A DNA stretch of 64,000 nucleotides from a bacterium (lineage in GTDB: Bacteria > UBA8248): contig CBDBZU010000004.1 of the NCBI GenBank assembly GCA_965213625.1, positions 64,001 through 128,000 on the forward strand, read 5' to 3'. Under the pieces are notes generated by a model. That model worked only from the letters and a program-made list of their open reading frames with translations, did not search any database and was not told where the DNA came from. Below, in pieces: positions 17,769-28,459 of this stretch. How positions within the stretch are numbered: the stretch's first letter is position 1; every line of letters begins with the position of its first letter. The position numbers and the translations under genes were made by a program.

Positions 17769-18947
17769 CTAGGTTTCCGTCGTAGTCTCGGGTTGCCAGT
17801 CCGGCGCCGTTCCACAGGCGGCGGCGACCAGCGAACGTGGGCGGATTCCGGGAGGCATGCCCTCGGGCTGGAAGTTGGTGCAGAAACCGAACGCCATGTT
17901 CCGCGCCCTGTCACAGAACGTGAACGCCCCGCCGGAGCCGCCGTGGCCGAAGGCTTTCATGTTGCTTCCCATCAGTGTGTTGGGCGGGCAGTTGTGCATG
18001 AAGCCGAGGCCCATTCGCCGGACCGAACCGGTCATCGGGCAGATGCCCTCCCACTGAATTTTGGAGAGTTGCTCCACCGTTTCAGACTTGAGCAGGCGGA
18101 CGCCGTTGATTTCTCCATTATTGGCCAGCATCGCGTACACGCGGGCGATGGCGCGCGCGTTACCGTGGCCGCCCGAGGATGGGTTCTCGCCCACGCGGTT
18201 CTCACGGCAGTTCACCAGATCGACGCCCAGCGGCCGGCTCCCCCATGCCCTGTTCAGCATCGTGCCGGACTTTTCGCCCAACTCCCAGAATTTGTTCTCG
18301 GGATTGCGGTGCATGGGCGCGACCCGCGCGAGTTCTTCCTCATTGAGCCCGACGTTGTAATCCGCACCCAGCGGACCCGTAATCTCCTCCCGGATGAAGT
18401 CGCGGATCCGCTTGCCGCTCACCCGGCGGACGATTTCGCCGTGGATGAACCCGAAGTTGATGGAATTGTAGGCGCCCTGCGAACCCGCGGGCCAGGCGGG
18501 TTCCTGGGCTGCGATAGCGGCCACCTGGGCCGGGTAATCGAAAAAGTCACCGGGCTTCGCGGCGTCGCAGAAGATGACGCCGCATTGATGGGAGATGGTG
18601 TGCCGGAGCAGAATGTTTTCCTTGCCGCTCTGGGCGAATTCCGGCCAATACCGCGCCACCGGTTCCTCCAGCGAAACCAGGCCCCGGTCCACGAGCATGT
18701 GGACGGAGAGCGCGGTGATGCTCTTGGCGATGGAACTCATGAGCACGATGGTGTCTTCCGTCCAGGGCTGCGTGCGGGCCTCGTCCCGGTGGCCTCCCCA
18801 GAGGTCCACGACTTTCTCGCCGTCCTTGTACACGCATACGGCGGCGCCAATCTCGCCCCGGCTCGCAAAATTTTCCCGGAACGTATCTTCCACCGCTGAA
18901 AAATCGCTGTGGCAATGCCCTTCCACCCGGATATCGGCAACGCTCAT
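17769..18947 (-). CDS. Serine hydrolase, beta-lactamase/EstB-like family
   Basis: GAAVCVY.DGEKVVDLWGG, SIAK (SxxK), YWPEF, YNS, AFGHGGSGG. Confidence 0.92.
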   Translation of the reverse strand: MSVADIRVEGHCHSDFSAVEDTFRENFASRGEIGAAVCVYKDGEKVVDLWGGHRDEARTQPWTEDTIVLMSSIAKSITALSVHMLVDRGLVSLEEPVARYWPEFAQSGKENILLRHTISHQCGVIFCDAAKPGDFFDYPAQVAAIAAQEPAWPAGSQGAYNSINFGFIHGEIVRRVSGKRIRDFIREEITGPLGADYNVGLNEEELARVAPMHRNPENKFWELGEKSGTMLNRAWGSRPLGVDLVNCRENRVGENPSSGGHGNARAIARVYAMLANNGEINGVRLLKSETVEQLSKIQWEGICPMTGSVRRMGLGFMHNCPPNTLMGSNMKAFGHGGSGGAFTFCDRARNMAFGFCTNFQPEGMPPGIRPRSLVAAACGTAPDWQPETTTET

Positions 18948-19106
18948 ATTTTCCCCATCACTAAATGAAAATCCATGTTTATCGTCTGGATACGCCGCTC
19001 AAGACTATTATGAATTCATCCAGAACAACAAATGGAGCATCCAGATATATCGATATGGAAATAGTCTTTTTTCCGAAAACGCAAATTATTAGCGAGACGG
19101 CCCTCA

Positions 19107-19405
19107 AGGGGCTGTTGAAAAAACCTTAACTCGCTTGAGATTGACCTTTGCCTTTGCTCGTCATTCCGGCGAAAGCCGGAATCCATTTTCTCCTTTGTCT
19201 TTGGCCTGGACGTCCTCGCTCCCAGCGAGGAAGATACGGACGCCGCCTCATATATCAGACTAATCCGTTCCGGATTCAGGCGCGGCGATCCCTCCCGCGA
19301 GTCGGAATCAAATACAAAAACGCAAGCAAAATCATAAAATGGATTCCGGCTTTCGCCGGAATGACGGTGGTTTTCCCGCATCAAGGGTCTTTTTCAACAA
19401 CCCCT
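19107..19405. mobile_element. MITE-like element with TIRs and an internal inverted REP pair
   Basis: TIR AGGGG(C/T)TGTTGAAAAA at both ends. Internal CGTCATTCCGGCGAAAGCCGGAATCCATTTT (19159-19189) is inverted at 19336-19366. Confidence 0.78.
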
Positions 19406-19435
19406 CGGGCGCCGGCCTCCACCCCCGAAGGTTAA

Positions 19436-20311
19436 TTACTTATCCTTCCCTTCGTACACTTCGATGACACGGCTCGCGTCGTCTTTGCCCCAGCCGGCGG
19501 CCTCGGCCCGCTCGAACATCTTGCGCGCCGCGGGAACAATGGCGAGTTCAATCCCGTGCTCCTCGGCAAGCTTGATCGCGAGGCCCATGTCCTTCACGAA
19601 TATTTCCACCGCACCGCGCGGGGCGAAATCCCGCTCGAACATTCTGGGGGCAGTCTGTGAAAGCATGGAACCTTGCACGGAACCCTTCGAGAGGCAGTGC
19701 TGCATAATCTCGTGCGAAAGGCCCGCGCGCTCGCCCACCACGATCAACTCGGCGAACAGCGCCGTGCACGAGTTGACGAATAGGTTGGTCACGACTTTCA
19801 TGGTGGCCCCGGTTCCGCTCGGACCCGTGTGGGCCGCATCCGCCGCCAGCGGATCGAGAATCGGCTTTACCCGCTCGAAGACTTCTTTTTTGCCGCCCAC
19901 CATGAAGGAAATGGTTCTCGTATCGACCCTGTTGTGAGAACCCGATATCGGCGCATCCAGCATCTCGATGCCCCCGGCGGCGAGCCGCGCAGCCAGATCG
20001 GCCTGAAAGGAGGGCTCCATGGTGCTCATTTCGACGTGAATGTGGCCCTTCTTTCCGGCGGCGACAATGCCTTTCGGGCCGAACGTGTTTTCCTCGATGT
20101 GCTCTGGTTTCAGGAGTATGCTGAAAGTGATGTCGCTTTGCTCGGCCACTTCCTGCGCCGAAGCGGCGGGGCGTCCGCCTTCCTCCTCCAGCATCTTCAT
20201 CCGCGCGGGGTCGATGTCGTAGCCGACGATCTCGTGGCCGTCCGCCATCATCTGCCGCGAGAGCGGGAGCCCCATCTTTCCCAGTCCGATCATTCCAAGC
20301 TTTTCACTCAC
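19436..20311 (-). CDS. NAD(P)-dependent beta-hydroxyacid dehydrogenase (3-hydroxyisobutyrate DH family)
   Basis: GMIGLGKMG, LDAPISG, GTGATMKVVTN, KDMGLA. Confidence 0.93.
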   Translation of the reverse strand: MSEKLGMIGLGKMGLPLSRQMMADGHEIVGYDIDPARMKMLEEEGGRPAASAQEVAEQSDITFSILLKPEHIEENTFGPKGIVAAGKKGHIHVEMSTMEPSFQADLAARLAAGGIEMLDAPISGSHNRVDTRTISFMVGGKKEVFERVKPILDPLAADAAHTGPSGTGATMKVVTNLFVNSCTALFAELIVVGERAGLSHEIMQHCLSKGSVQGSMLSQTAPRMFERDFAPRGAVEIFVKDMGLAIKLAEEHGIELAIVPAARKMFERAEAAGWGKDDASRVIEVYEGKDK

Positions 20312-20536
20312 GATTTTTCTCCTGTGCTAATTAATTAGAGTCATTCGATTATCGGAAATTTACGCGGCAACCGAGGGCGTGTCGGCAATGAATTGGAGGA
20401 GGAGAAAAGACCGACCCTCGAGAAGGACTGTTCCACGCCCGCGAGTGGAGAATCACCCGGCTGCAACGGTTCTGACGCCTCGGGCATATCGTCGACGAGG
20501 CTTCCACAACCGGGCGAGCGCCCCCATCTATCCCGC

Positions 20537-22066
20537 CTATTCGGCGGAAGTTCCCCCGGTAAGCCCGAGTTTCGCCGCTCGGAACATGGCGGCCATGCTG
20601 TAGACCGCGGTGATGAGGGAGAGCACGAGAATGGTCGCCGTGATGGGGCTGGACAGGAGCGCCCACATGTCCCCGCCCGATATCGTGAGCGCGCGGCTCA
20701 GGTTGATCTCGATGATCGGCCCCATGATGAACGCGAGCACGATGGGCACAACGGGAATGTTGATCTTCTCGAAGAAATAGGCGAGCGCGCCCAGGATGAG
20801 CACCATGACGACGTGGGACGTGTAGTTCGCATACACGAAGCTGCCGACGACGATGAGGATCAGGACGAACGGCCCCAAGATGCGACGGGGCACCTTGGCG
20901 ACGAGGCTGAAGGCGCGGGTGCCGACGAGGCCCGTGCACAGGAGCATGAGGTTGATCACGAAAAGGCCGATGAACACCGTCATCACGAACGTACCGTTGT
21001 CGCGGAAGAGCAGCGGCCCGGGAACCAGCCCCTTGCTGATCAGGACGCCCAGTAGAATGGCCGCGCCGCCCGAACCCGGAATGCCGAGCGAGAGCGAGGG
21101 CACGAGCGTGCCCGCGACCAGGGCGTTGTTCGAACACTCGGGCGCGGCGACGCCCTCGATAATGCCGGTGCCGAATTTATCCGAGCGCTTCGACCACCGC
21201 CTCTCCTCGCTGTAGGCCAGCATGCCGGCGATGGAGCCGCCCGCTCCCGGCACGGCGCCGACTCCCGTTCCGATCAAGCTCGCGCGAATCCAGGTGGGAA
21301 TGAGACTGCGCACTTCCCACCGCTGAATCCGGTTGCGCTCATCGGCGGCGCCTTGAGAGGCGGTTTCTGTATTCTCAATCGTGCGCCGGTGCTCCACCAG
21401 GAGATGGAACGCCTCGGGCCCGGCCAGGAAGGCGATGATGACGACGACGAGCGGGATGCCGTCCATCAGGTAACCCTGGTCGAAGGTGAACCGCAGTCCG
21501 CCGAAGCCCGAACTCCCGACCGTGGCCAGCAGCAATCCGATGCCCGTCGCGAGGAAGCCGCGCGCGGCGTCTTTTCCGAAGAAGCTCGCCACTATCGACA
21601 GGCCGAACACGCCGACCGCGAACAACTCGCCCGGTCCGAACATCAGGGCGACGTTGCCGAGCGAGGTGCCTGCGATGATGAAGATCAGCGTGCTCGTAAC
21701 GCCGCCGATCACCCCCGAGTAGAGGGAGACGCGCAACGCCTTGCGCGCGAGTCCGTTGCGGGTCATCGCGTAGCCGTCGAGCACGGTGACGGCGGACGCA
21801 CCCGTCCCCGGCGTGCGGATCAGGATGGCCGGAATGGAGCTTCCGTATTCGACCCCCGAATAGACGGCGAGGAAGAACATGGTCGCGTGCTCCACGGGCA
21901 TCGTGAAGGTCAGGGGAAAAAGAAGGGCCAGCGCCTGGGAACTGCCGAACCCCGGCATCGCGCCCATGAGGACGCCGATGGCGACTCCCCCCAGCATGAT
22001 CGCAAGGATGGCGGGCGAGGCGAGTTGGCTGGTCGCTGCGAATATGTGCCCGAGAGTTCCTTCCAT
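20537..22066 (-). CDS. tctA: Tripartite tricarboxylate transporter permease TctA
   Basis: GAMPG, IPAILIRTPGT, GVAAPECSNNA, LSLGIPGS. Polytopic membrane protein. Confidence 0.93.
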   Translation of the reverse strand: MEGTLGHIFAATSQLASPAILAIMLGGVAIGVLMGAMPGFGSSQALALLFPLTFTMPVEHATMFFLAVYSGVEYGSSIPAILIRTPGTGASAVTVLDGYAMTRNGLARKALRVSLYSGVIGGVTSTLIFIIAGTSLGNVALMFGPGELFAVGVFGLSIVASFFGKDAARGFLATGIGLLLATVGSSGFGGLRFTFDQGYLMDGIPLVVVIIAFLAGPEAFHLLVEHRRTIENTETASQGAADERNRIQRWEVRSLIPTWIRASLIGTGVGAVPGAGGSIAGMLAYSEERRWSKRSDKFGTGIIEGVAAPECSNNALVAGTLVPSLSLGIPGSGGAAILLGVLISKGLVPGPLLFRDNGTFVMTVFIGLFVINLMLLCTGLVGTRAFSLVAKVPRRILGPFVLILIVVGSFVYANYTSHVVMVLILGALAYFFEKINIPVVPIVLAFIMGPIIEINLSRALTISGGDMWALLSSPITATILVLSLITAVYSMAAMFRAAKLGLTGGTSAE

Positions 22067-22095
22067 CTATCACTGCCCTTCCATCGAATACGGCC

Positions 22096-22644
22096 CTAGA
22101 GGATATAGATCGGCAAGAATTTGAGCGGCAACGGGATGTTCAGCATCGGCACCAGTCCCAGATACAGGATGAGCATCGTCGCCAGAGACAACAAAAAGCC
22201 CAGCACCAGCGCGCCGCGCGGTGCCGATTCCGCCCGCATGCGCGGGACCAGCAGGCACATCATGAGCGCGACGGTCATGATCTCGAACCCTATCGGCTCG
22301 AGCAAAAGCGCGTAGAGGTAAACGAACACGACGATGGAGACGAACTCCGCCCAATGCGTCTGGAGGTATGGGTCCTCGCCGCCTGCGGACTGCGCCTCCG
22401 GGGGCAGGAAAAACCCGCGCCCCAGGACGATGAGCGCCCAGATAATCGAGAAACCCAGAGCCAGCCGGGGGAAAAAGGCGTCGCCCGGATACCCCGGCTC
22501 GTAAGGAGGCTGCATCGCATAGGTTTCGTAGTAGAGATACACGAGTCCCCCCAGGATGAGGGCGGTGGTGGTCAACACCGCCGCCCTCATCGGAACCTTC
22601 AACTCATAGGGAGACGACGCGCTGTTTTCATTTTCTTCGGTCAT
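22096..22644 (-). CDS. tctB: Tripartite tricarboxylate transporter TctB
   Basis: Four TM helices, GDAFFP, LLEPIGF, LNIPLP. Lies between tctC and tctA. Confidence 0.85.
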   Translation of the reverse strand: MTEENENSASSPYELKVPMRAAVLTTTALILGGLVYLYYETYAMQPPYEPGYPGDAFFPRLALGFSIIWALIVLGRGFFLPPEAQSAGGEDPYLQTHWAEFVSIVVFVYLYALLLEPIGFEIMTVALMMCLLVPRMRAESAPRGALVLGFLLSLATMLILYLGLVPMLNIPLPLKFLPIYIL

Positions 22645-22693
22645 GTTCGCGCCTTACCGACGGCGGAGCCTTCCGCCGTCGGCTCAAATCCAG

Positions 22694-23683
22694 CTACTTC
22701 TTGATGATATTGTGGTCGAGCATGAATTGTTTCACGACCGCCTGGTTCTTCGCCATGTCCTTGTTGAGCCACTCCGAGCCCGTCTTGACGTCCAGGACGA
22801 TGTGCGTCCCCTTGGAGAGATAGTCCTTGTAGTCGGGCGAGCTGGTCACCTTGTAGACGGCGTCTTCCAGTATTTTCATGACTGCCGGAGGCGTGCCCCG
22901 CTTGACCATGAGGCCCTGCCAGTGAAGCGGGAGGTCGTATTTGAGGCCGACTTCCACCGCGCTCCGGACGTTCTTCCAGATCGGGTCGTGCGAGAGGCGC
23001 TTATGGGTCTGCGATACGAGCGGGCAGATGGTTCCCGCCTCGATATGCGGCCGCCACGTACGCGGCGAGGCCTGCCCGCTGGGGAGATGGCCGCCGAGTA
23101 CGTCCTTCACCACGTTGCCGTCGCCACGGTAGAAGATCGTCTTGACTTTGTCACCGATGCCCGCGGCCTTCAGGAAGGCGAGCTGATGACGGTGGTGCGT
23201 GGAGCCCCGCTTGTTGGAGCCCATCGACAGTTTGCCGGGGTTCTTCTTGGCGTAGGCGACGAGGTCCTCGAACGTCTTGATGCCGTACTTGTTGTTGCAC
23301 TTTACTGCGACGCCGTAGACGTGCTTCTCGACCTGGGCCAGCGTCTGGAAGTCGTTGTACGTCCTCCTGTAGTGCGGCAGGTGGAAATACCCGTAGAAGC
23401 TGGCGCTGATGTGCATGATGATGTGACCGTCGGCGGGCTTGCCCGAAACGTAGAGAACCGGCTCGTGCTGCGAGCCACCGCTCTTGAAGGTCACCCGCAT
23501 GGGAACGCCGAGCACCTTTGGAAACTCCTGGGCGAGAAGCTGGCACCAGACCGCCACGCTCGAACCAGGCGAGGTCGTGCAGATCAGCTCCATCGGTTTG
23601 GAGGGGAACTTCATTGCCAGCGCGGGAGCGCTCCATAAAATGAGAACGGCTGCGAGTACGAGTATGCGTTTGAAGCTCGACAT
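22694..23683 (-). CDS. tctC: Tripartite tricarboxylate transporter substrate-binding protein TctC (Bug family)
   Basis: Signal peptide, FPSKPMELI, PADGH, YAKKNPGKL, VLGGH. Confidence 0.9.
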   Translation of the reverse strand: MSSFKRILVLAAVLILWSAPALAMKFPSKPMELICTTSPGSSVAVWCQLLAQEFPKVLGVPMRVTFKSGGSQHEPVLYVSGKPADGHIIMHISASFYGYFHLPHYRRTYNDFQTLAQVEKHVYGVAVKCNNKYGIKTFEDLVAYAKKNPGKLSMGSNKRGSTHHRHQLAFLKAAGIGDKVKTIFYRGDGNVVKDVLGGHLPSGQASPRTWRPHIEAGTICPLVSQTHKRLSHDPIWKNVRSAVEVGLKYDLPLHWQGLMVKRGTPPAVMKILEDAVYKVTSSPDYKDYLSKGTHIVLDVKTGSEWLNKDMAKNQAVVKQFMLDHNIIKK

Positions 23684-24009
23684 CGTTTTCCCTCCTTCAA
23701 GGGGTGGGTATGATGGGGTAGGTAGGAACCCCCACTTTCTGTGGGTAATAGGTATTAAAGCTTATACCATTTCCCGGTGGAACATACAAATTTTTGTTTT
23801 TCGGGTGGGCCGCTTCGCATGGCGTCCGGGGAAAGCGCCACGACGACGGGCGGCGCAAATGGTCTGAACGGGGTGCAAAAGCCTTTCGAATCCTGTCTAA
23901 TGTCGACATCTTTAATTTCGACACCATGAAAATCCCGAGGCGCGAGGGACCCCGAAGAGCGCGAAGCAGCGGCGGCGCTTGGCCTCAGGATAACCGGAGG
24001 AATTCATCC

Positions 24010-24900
24010 ATGACCGACAGCAGCGTGTTGTCCTACAGCGGCGTCACGGATTTGGGCGGCGGCAAGGCCTACGCCCTCCACAACGTCTTCGAGCTCGACG
24101 GGCGCATCAGCGCCTATCCCAAAAGCGCCAGGGGCTTCGCTCCCTCGAACTGCTACCTCCTTTGCGAGGATGACGGCGCGATCCTGCTCGACACGGGCTA
24201 CAACGGGCACAAGCAATCCCTGTTCGAGCAGATAGGCTCCATCATCACGCCCGACACCCCGCTCTCGATCTACCCGCTCAGGCTCAACGAGTTCATGTCC
24301 GTCGGGAACGCCGCGGCGCTCGCCCGCGAGTTCAACGTCGTGGAGTGCTTCGCCCGGCGGCCCGACATGGACTTCTGGCTCGATTTCGACGTGGAGAAAT
24401 TCGGCCCCAAGAGCGAGGAGGAGCAGATATTCCCGACGACCGTCCTCGGAAACGAACTCGAATGCCGCGTCGGCGGGAACGAGAGCCGCGTCATCAGCGG
24501 CATCAACGCGCCCATCCGCCTCATCACCACCATGTGGATTTACGACGAAGCCACCCGCACCCTCTTCTCCTCGGACATGTTCAGCCACATCTGGGGAGAC
24601 GACCCCGAAGGCCCCTGGTCGGTGGAGGAAGATTCCGTGACGACGCCTGAGTTCGTGCGCTCGTTCCTGCTGAACACGCGCTACTGGTGGCTCGAGGGCG
24701 TGGATACCGGGCATGTCCGCAAAGGCATCGCCGACGTCTTCGACCGTTACGACATCGAAAACCTCGCCCCCGGCTACGGGGCCATACTCATGGGACGCGA
24801 ACTGGTCGAACGCCAGTTCTCGGTGCTCGACGATGTGCTGCGCGATCTGGATCGCTCCGTCGTCGACCCGCGCTACGTTCCCCGCGACATGGAAAGGTAA
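24010..24900 (+). CDS. MBL-fold / ODP-like protein, degenerate metal site
   Basis: NCYLL...ILLDTG, WIYDEATRTLFSSDMF, LAPGYG. The HxExDH region reads RLNEFMS. GGAGG RBS. Confidence 0.75.
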   Translation: MTDSSVLSYSGVTDLGGGKAYALHNVFELDGRISAYPKSARGFAPSNCYLLCEDDGAILLDTGYNGHKQSLFEQIGSIITPDTPLSIYPLRLNEFMSVGNAAALAREFNVVECFARRPDMDFWLDFDVEKFGPKSEEEQIFPTTVLGNELECRVGGNESRVISGINAPIRLITTMWIYDEATRTLFSSDMFSHIWGDDPEGPWSVEEDSVTTPEFVRSFLLNTRYWWLEGVDTGHVRKGIADVFDRYDIENLAPGYGAILMGRELVERQFSVLDDVLRDLDRSVVDPRYVPRDMER

Positions 24901-24902
24901 TC

Positions 24903-25676
24903 ATGAACCCCCACGAAAATCCCCTACCGCGCGAAATCGCACCCGGCATCTTCTGGCTCGGCATCTGCCACGAACAGCACCACAAGGGAAAGATTTACCA
25001 CAGCTACAACGCAGCCTTCCTCCTCATCGGCTCGGCGGGCACCATGCTCGTCGAAACGGGCCACCAGGGGGATTTCCCCGTCGTCTCCCGCCAGGTGAGC
25101 GAGATTCTGGCCGAGCGCGGCTCCACGCTCAAATACCTCTTCTTGTCGCATCAGGAAACGCCCCACGCGGGTGGGCTGGGCAGGCTGCTCGAAACATACC
25201 CCGAGATGACGGTCTACTGCGACGTGAGCGACTACCATCTCTCCTACCCCGAGCACGCGGACAGGATGCGGCAGATGGAAATAGGCGACGAGATCGACCT
25301 GGGCGACAGACGCTTCATCGCCGTCGAACCGGTCATCCGCGACTTGAGAACCTCGCTCTGGGGGTTCGACACCGGCGCGCGCGCCCTCTTTCCCGGCGAC
25401 GGCTTCGCCTACAGTCACTACCACTGGGACGGCCACTGCGGAAAAATTGCGGAAGAGGCCGACTCGCTCGACCTGGCGGAAGTCCTGGGCGTGTTCGCGG
25501 AACGCGCGCTGTTCTGGACGCGCTTCGCCGACATGAACATCTATTCGGACCGCCTGGAAGCGTTGCTCGAAGAACTCGACGTCACCGTCGTCGCGCCCTC
25601 CCACGGACTGCCGATTCTCGACCTCGCAGTCACCATGCCCAAGGTGCGCGAAGGTCTCATCGCCGGAAAGATTTGA
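24903..25676 (+). CDS. MBL-fold / ODP-like (FprA N-domain-like) protein
   Basis: PREIAPGIFWLG, FLSHQETPH, LFPGDGF, APSHG. Confidence 0.8.
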   Translation: MNPHENPLPREIAPGIFWLGICHEQHHKGKIYHSYNAAFLLIGSAGTMLVETGHQGDFPVVSRQVSEILAERGSTLKYLFLSHQETPHAGGLGRLLETYPEMTVYCDVSDYHLSYPEHADRMRQMEIGDEIDLGDRRFIAVEPVIRDLRTSLWGFDTGARALFPGDGFAYSHYHWDGHCGKIAEEADSLDLAEVLGVFAERALFWTRFADMNIYSDRLEALLEELDVTVVAPSHGLPILDLAVTMPKVREGLIAGKI

Positions 25677-25685
25677 GGAGCGCCG

Positions 25686-26882
25686 ATGGATTTTTCCCTG
25701 ACCGACGAACAAAAGGCGCTTCAACGACTAGCGCGCGATTACGTCAACCGCCACGTGAAACCCATCGCCGCCGAGTACGACCGGAACCCGGATCCGCTCG
25801 ACTGCATCCCCGCCGACGTCGTCGAGGAGGGTTCCAGGCTCGGCCTCCGCACCCTGGCGCTGTCTGATGCGCGCGGCGGCGGCGGGGCCGACATGCTCAC
25901 CCTCTCCATCGTCGGCGAAGAGCTGGGCGCGGGCGACTTGGGCGTGGCCGCCACCTTCGATCAGACCTGGAAGTTCACCCCCATCATCGAACACTGGACG
26001 AACGACGAGCAGAAAGAGCGCTTCCTCCCGGCGTTCGTCTCGGATCACCGTTTCCATCTGGCGACGTGCATCACCGAGCCCGACGCCGGTACGGATCACG
26101 TCCTGCCCTACGCCGCTCCCGGCGCAGGCGTGCAGATGCGCGCCGAGCGCGAGGGCGACGTCTACCGGCTGAGCGGCGTCAAGCGCTTCATTAGCAACGG
26201 CGGAACGGCAAAGCTCTACATCGTCTACACGCGCACCGACAGGACGAAAGGGGGCCTCAAGGGCATGACGCCCTTCCTCGTCCCCGCGGACACGCCGGGC
26301 TTAAGCATCGGGCAGATCCACGACAAGATGGGCCGCCGCCTCCTGAGCAACGCCACGCTCGTCTTCGAGAACGCCGAGGTACCCGCCGTCAACCGGCTGG
26401 GGGAAGAAGAGGGCCAGGCCGAGTCGCTGCGCACCAGCCGAATCGCGCGGGGAAGAGGCGGCTACGGAGCCACCGTGCTCGGCTCGGGCCGGGCCGCCTT
26501 CGAAGAAGCCGTGCGCTACTCGCAGGAGAGGGTGCAGGGCGGAAAACCCATCGGGGGGCACCAGGCCGTCGCCCAGATGATCGGGGAGATGTACACGAAG
26601 CTGGAAATGGCGCGCTCCGTGCTCTGGCGAACCTCATGGGCGGTGGATTACGCCGAGGACTATGATCCCAAAATGTCGTGGCTCACCAAGGTGGTTTGCT
26701 CGGAAGCCGCGTATGATGTCTGCCGCCTGGCGCTCGAGGTGCACGGCGGCGTGGGCTACATGCGCGAATGCCCCGTCGAGAAATACCTGCGCGACGTAAT
26801 CTCGTTCCTCCACGGCGCCGGGAACAACCACATATTCCGTATCAAGATCAGTTCCAGGATCACCGGCCTGCCGGCCGAATAG
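25686..26882 (+). CDS. Acyl-CoA dehydrogenase family protein
   Basis: MDFSLTDEQ, ITEPDAGTD, GVKRFISNG, KMG, ERVQGGKPI..HQAV, HGGVGYMRECPVEKYLRD. Confidence 0.93.
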   Translation: MDFSLTDEQKALQRLARDYVNRHVKPIAAEYDRNPDPLDCIPADVVEEGSRLGLRTLALSDARGGGGADMLTLSIVGEELGAGDLGVAATFDQTWKFTPIIEHWTNDEQKERFLPAFVSDHRFHLATCITEPDAGTDHVLPYAAPGAGVQMRAEREGDVYRLSGVKRFISNGGTAKLYIVYTRTDRTKGGLKGMTPFLVPADTPGLSIGQIHDKMGRRLLSNATLVFENAEVPAVNRLGEEEGQAESLRTSRIARGRGGYGATVLGSGRAAFEEAVRYSQERVQGGKPIGGHQAVAQMIGEMYTKLEMARSVLWRTSWAVDYAEDYDPKMSWLTKVVCSEAAYDVCRLALEVHGGVGYMRECPVEKYLRDVISFLHGAGNNHIFRIKISSRITGLPAE

Positions 26883-26943
26883 CGCCCCGGAAAACGACTC
26901 AGGGCGAGACGGCCTTCGGAAAGTTCTGTTCCCGGCCCCTCGA

Positions 26944-27336
26944 TCATGCCTGAATGAGCTCGATGGGCATTTCCTCGGGACCCTCGACAAAGGCGGCGAA
27001 CTTGCCGCTCACGTGGACGGGCATCTCCTGGATAATTGTCACCCCGTTGGCGCGCATATCCTCCAGCAATCCTTGCAGGTCATCCACGACGAAGCAGAAG
27101 TGATGGATTCCGTACCCCTTCGGGCGAGGGCCGTCCGCTTCCGTGAGTCCGTCCGGGGGACGGGGGGTGCGCACGCTGAGCGTCCCCTCCCCCACCCGGA
27201 GGACGAGGTTGCGCGCCCCGGCCGGAAACTGCTCGGCCACTATCTCACTCCCGAAGAAGCGCTCGAACCAATCGGCTACCCCGTCGGGATCCCTGCTGAT
27301 CATATGGACATGATGAAACGCGCCGACTATCGCCAT
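26944..27336 (-). CDS. VOC/glyoxalase family protein
   Basis: FHHVHM, GIHHFCFVVDDL, FVEGPE..IELIQ. Confidence 0.88.
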   Translation of the reverse strand: MAIVGAFHHVHMISRDPDGVADWFERFFGSEIVAEQFPAGARNLVLRVGEGTLSVRTPRPPDGLTEADGPRPKGYGIHHFCFVVDDLQGLLEDMRANGVTIIQEMPVHVSGKFAAFVEGPEEMPIELIQA

Positions 27337-27407
27337 TTTTTCATTTCTCCTCTGCGCCAAAACCAACCCCGTATATCCAGCCGCACTCCCCTCACTACCA
27401 CCTTATC

Positions 27408-27612
27408 GGGGTTGTTGAAAAAACCTGATTTCGTGATTCGGCTCGACGGATGTGAAGTTGTAGGGGTCGCATATTATGCGACCCTGCATTTTGCACCTGC
27501 CGACCATAGGCCGCATCATATGTCAGACATATATGTCTGACCTACACACCCTCCGATATGGCGGTAACCCGTCACCGTCATACCGGCATCGCAGGCTTTC
27601 CCAACAATTCCT
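27408..27612. repeat. TIR-like motif with an inverted GTAG-REP pair
   Basis: GGGGTTGTTGAAAAAACC at 27408. Hairpins at 27460-27485 and 27522-27545. Degenerate right end near 27597-27612. Confidence 0.65.
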
Positions 27613-27848
27613 AAAACCGGCATTCGGAAGGGAATCGTCATCCAGTTTGTATTTCACCATCTGCAGGTTAAGGAGAATCCATCCAGGGAGCAAGGTGACG
27701 AAACACCTGTATTCAAAATAGAATCATCAATTCGCCAGGTTCAAATCCGGGAACAGGGAGCACGCCGCTTGAATCGATCACCTGACCCGATTTTAATCGC
27801 CGTGTACAAACCGAACATCCCATTTTCTTTCCCGCAAGGAGACCCAGG

Positions 27849-28274
27849 ATGACAAAGCAAATCGAATCCGTGGACTGGCCCGACAGGCTCGACGTCTGGA
27901 CGCCCTACTCGATGGCCATCAAGGCGAGCGGCGGGACGACCGTCTATTTCGCAGGGGTCACCGCGGCCCCGCCCTATCATCACCATCCCCACCGGCCCGA
28001 GGAGTTCGACACGCTGCCGGGCGACTTACCCACCCAGACGCGCATGGCGCTCGAGAACCTCAAAAAAAGCTTGGAGGCCGTGGGCGGAACGTTCCGGGAT
28101 ATCGTCTTCTTCCAGTTCTTCTCGACGACGATGGAAGGCGCAGAGGAGGCGGGGGCCATCCGCAAGGAGTATTTCGGCGAGCATCGCCCCGCCTCCACCA
28201 CGCTTCAGGTCGTGCGCCTCGCCACCGACCCCAGGTGCCTGGTGGAGGTCAACGCGATAGCGGTGATGGACTGA
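27849..28274 (+). CDS. RidA/YjgF family protein
   Basis: PYSMAIK, QTRMALENLKKSLEAVG, RPASTTLQV..L, LVEVNAIA. Confidence 0.9.
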   Translation: MTKQIESVDWPDRLDVWTPYSMAIKASGGTTVYFAGVTAAPPYHHHPHRPEEFDTLPGDLPTQTRMALENLKKSLEAVGGTFRDIVFFQFFSTTMEGAEEAGAIRKEYFGEHRPASTTLQVVRLATDPRCLVEVNAIAVMD

Positions 28275-28459
28275 GGAGGGCTTCTGTCGTTCTTGCAGGG
28301 CGCGGCGCAAGCAAATATCCGCCATTTTTTCATTGCCCGCACCTGCCGCACTTCGCTATTATCCCGTCCTGTCGAGTCAAGACTGCGAGAATCAAACGAG
28401 GCGCGCCTGCCCTTTTGCAGGGAGTGGCGCGGCGGACCTAATCCAAAGGAGCCAAGGCT

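Noticed and set aside
17769-18947. Antibiotic-resistance beta-lactamase (also considered for the MBL genes at 24010-25676)
   Set aside because: There is no signal peptide. The motifs fit cytoplasmic esterase and ODP-like families.
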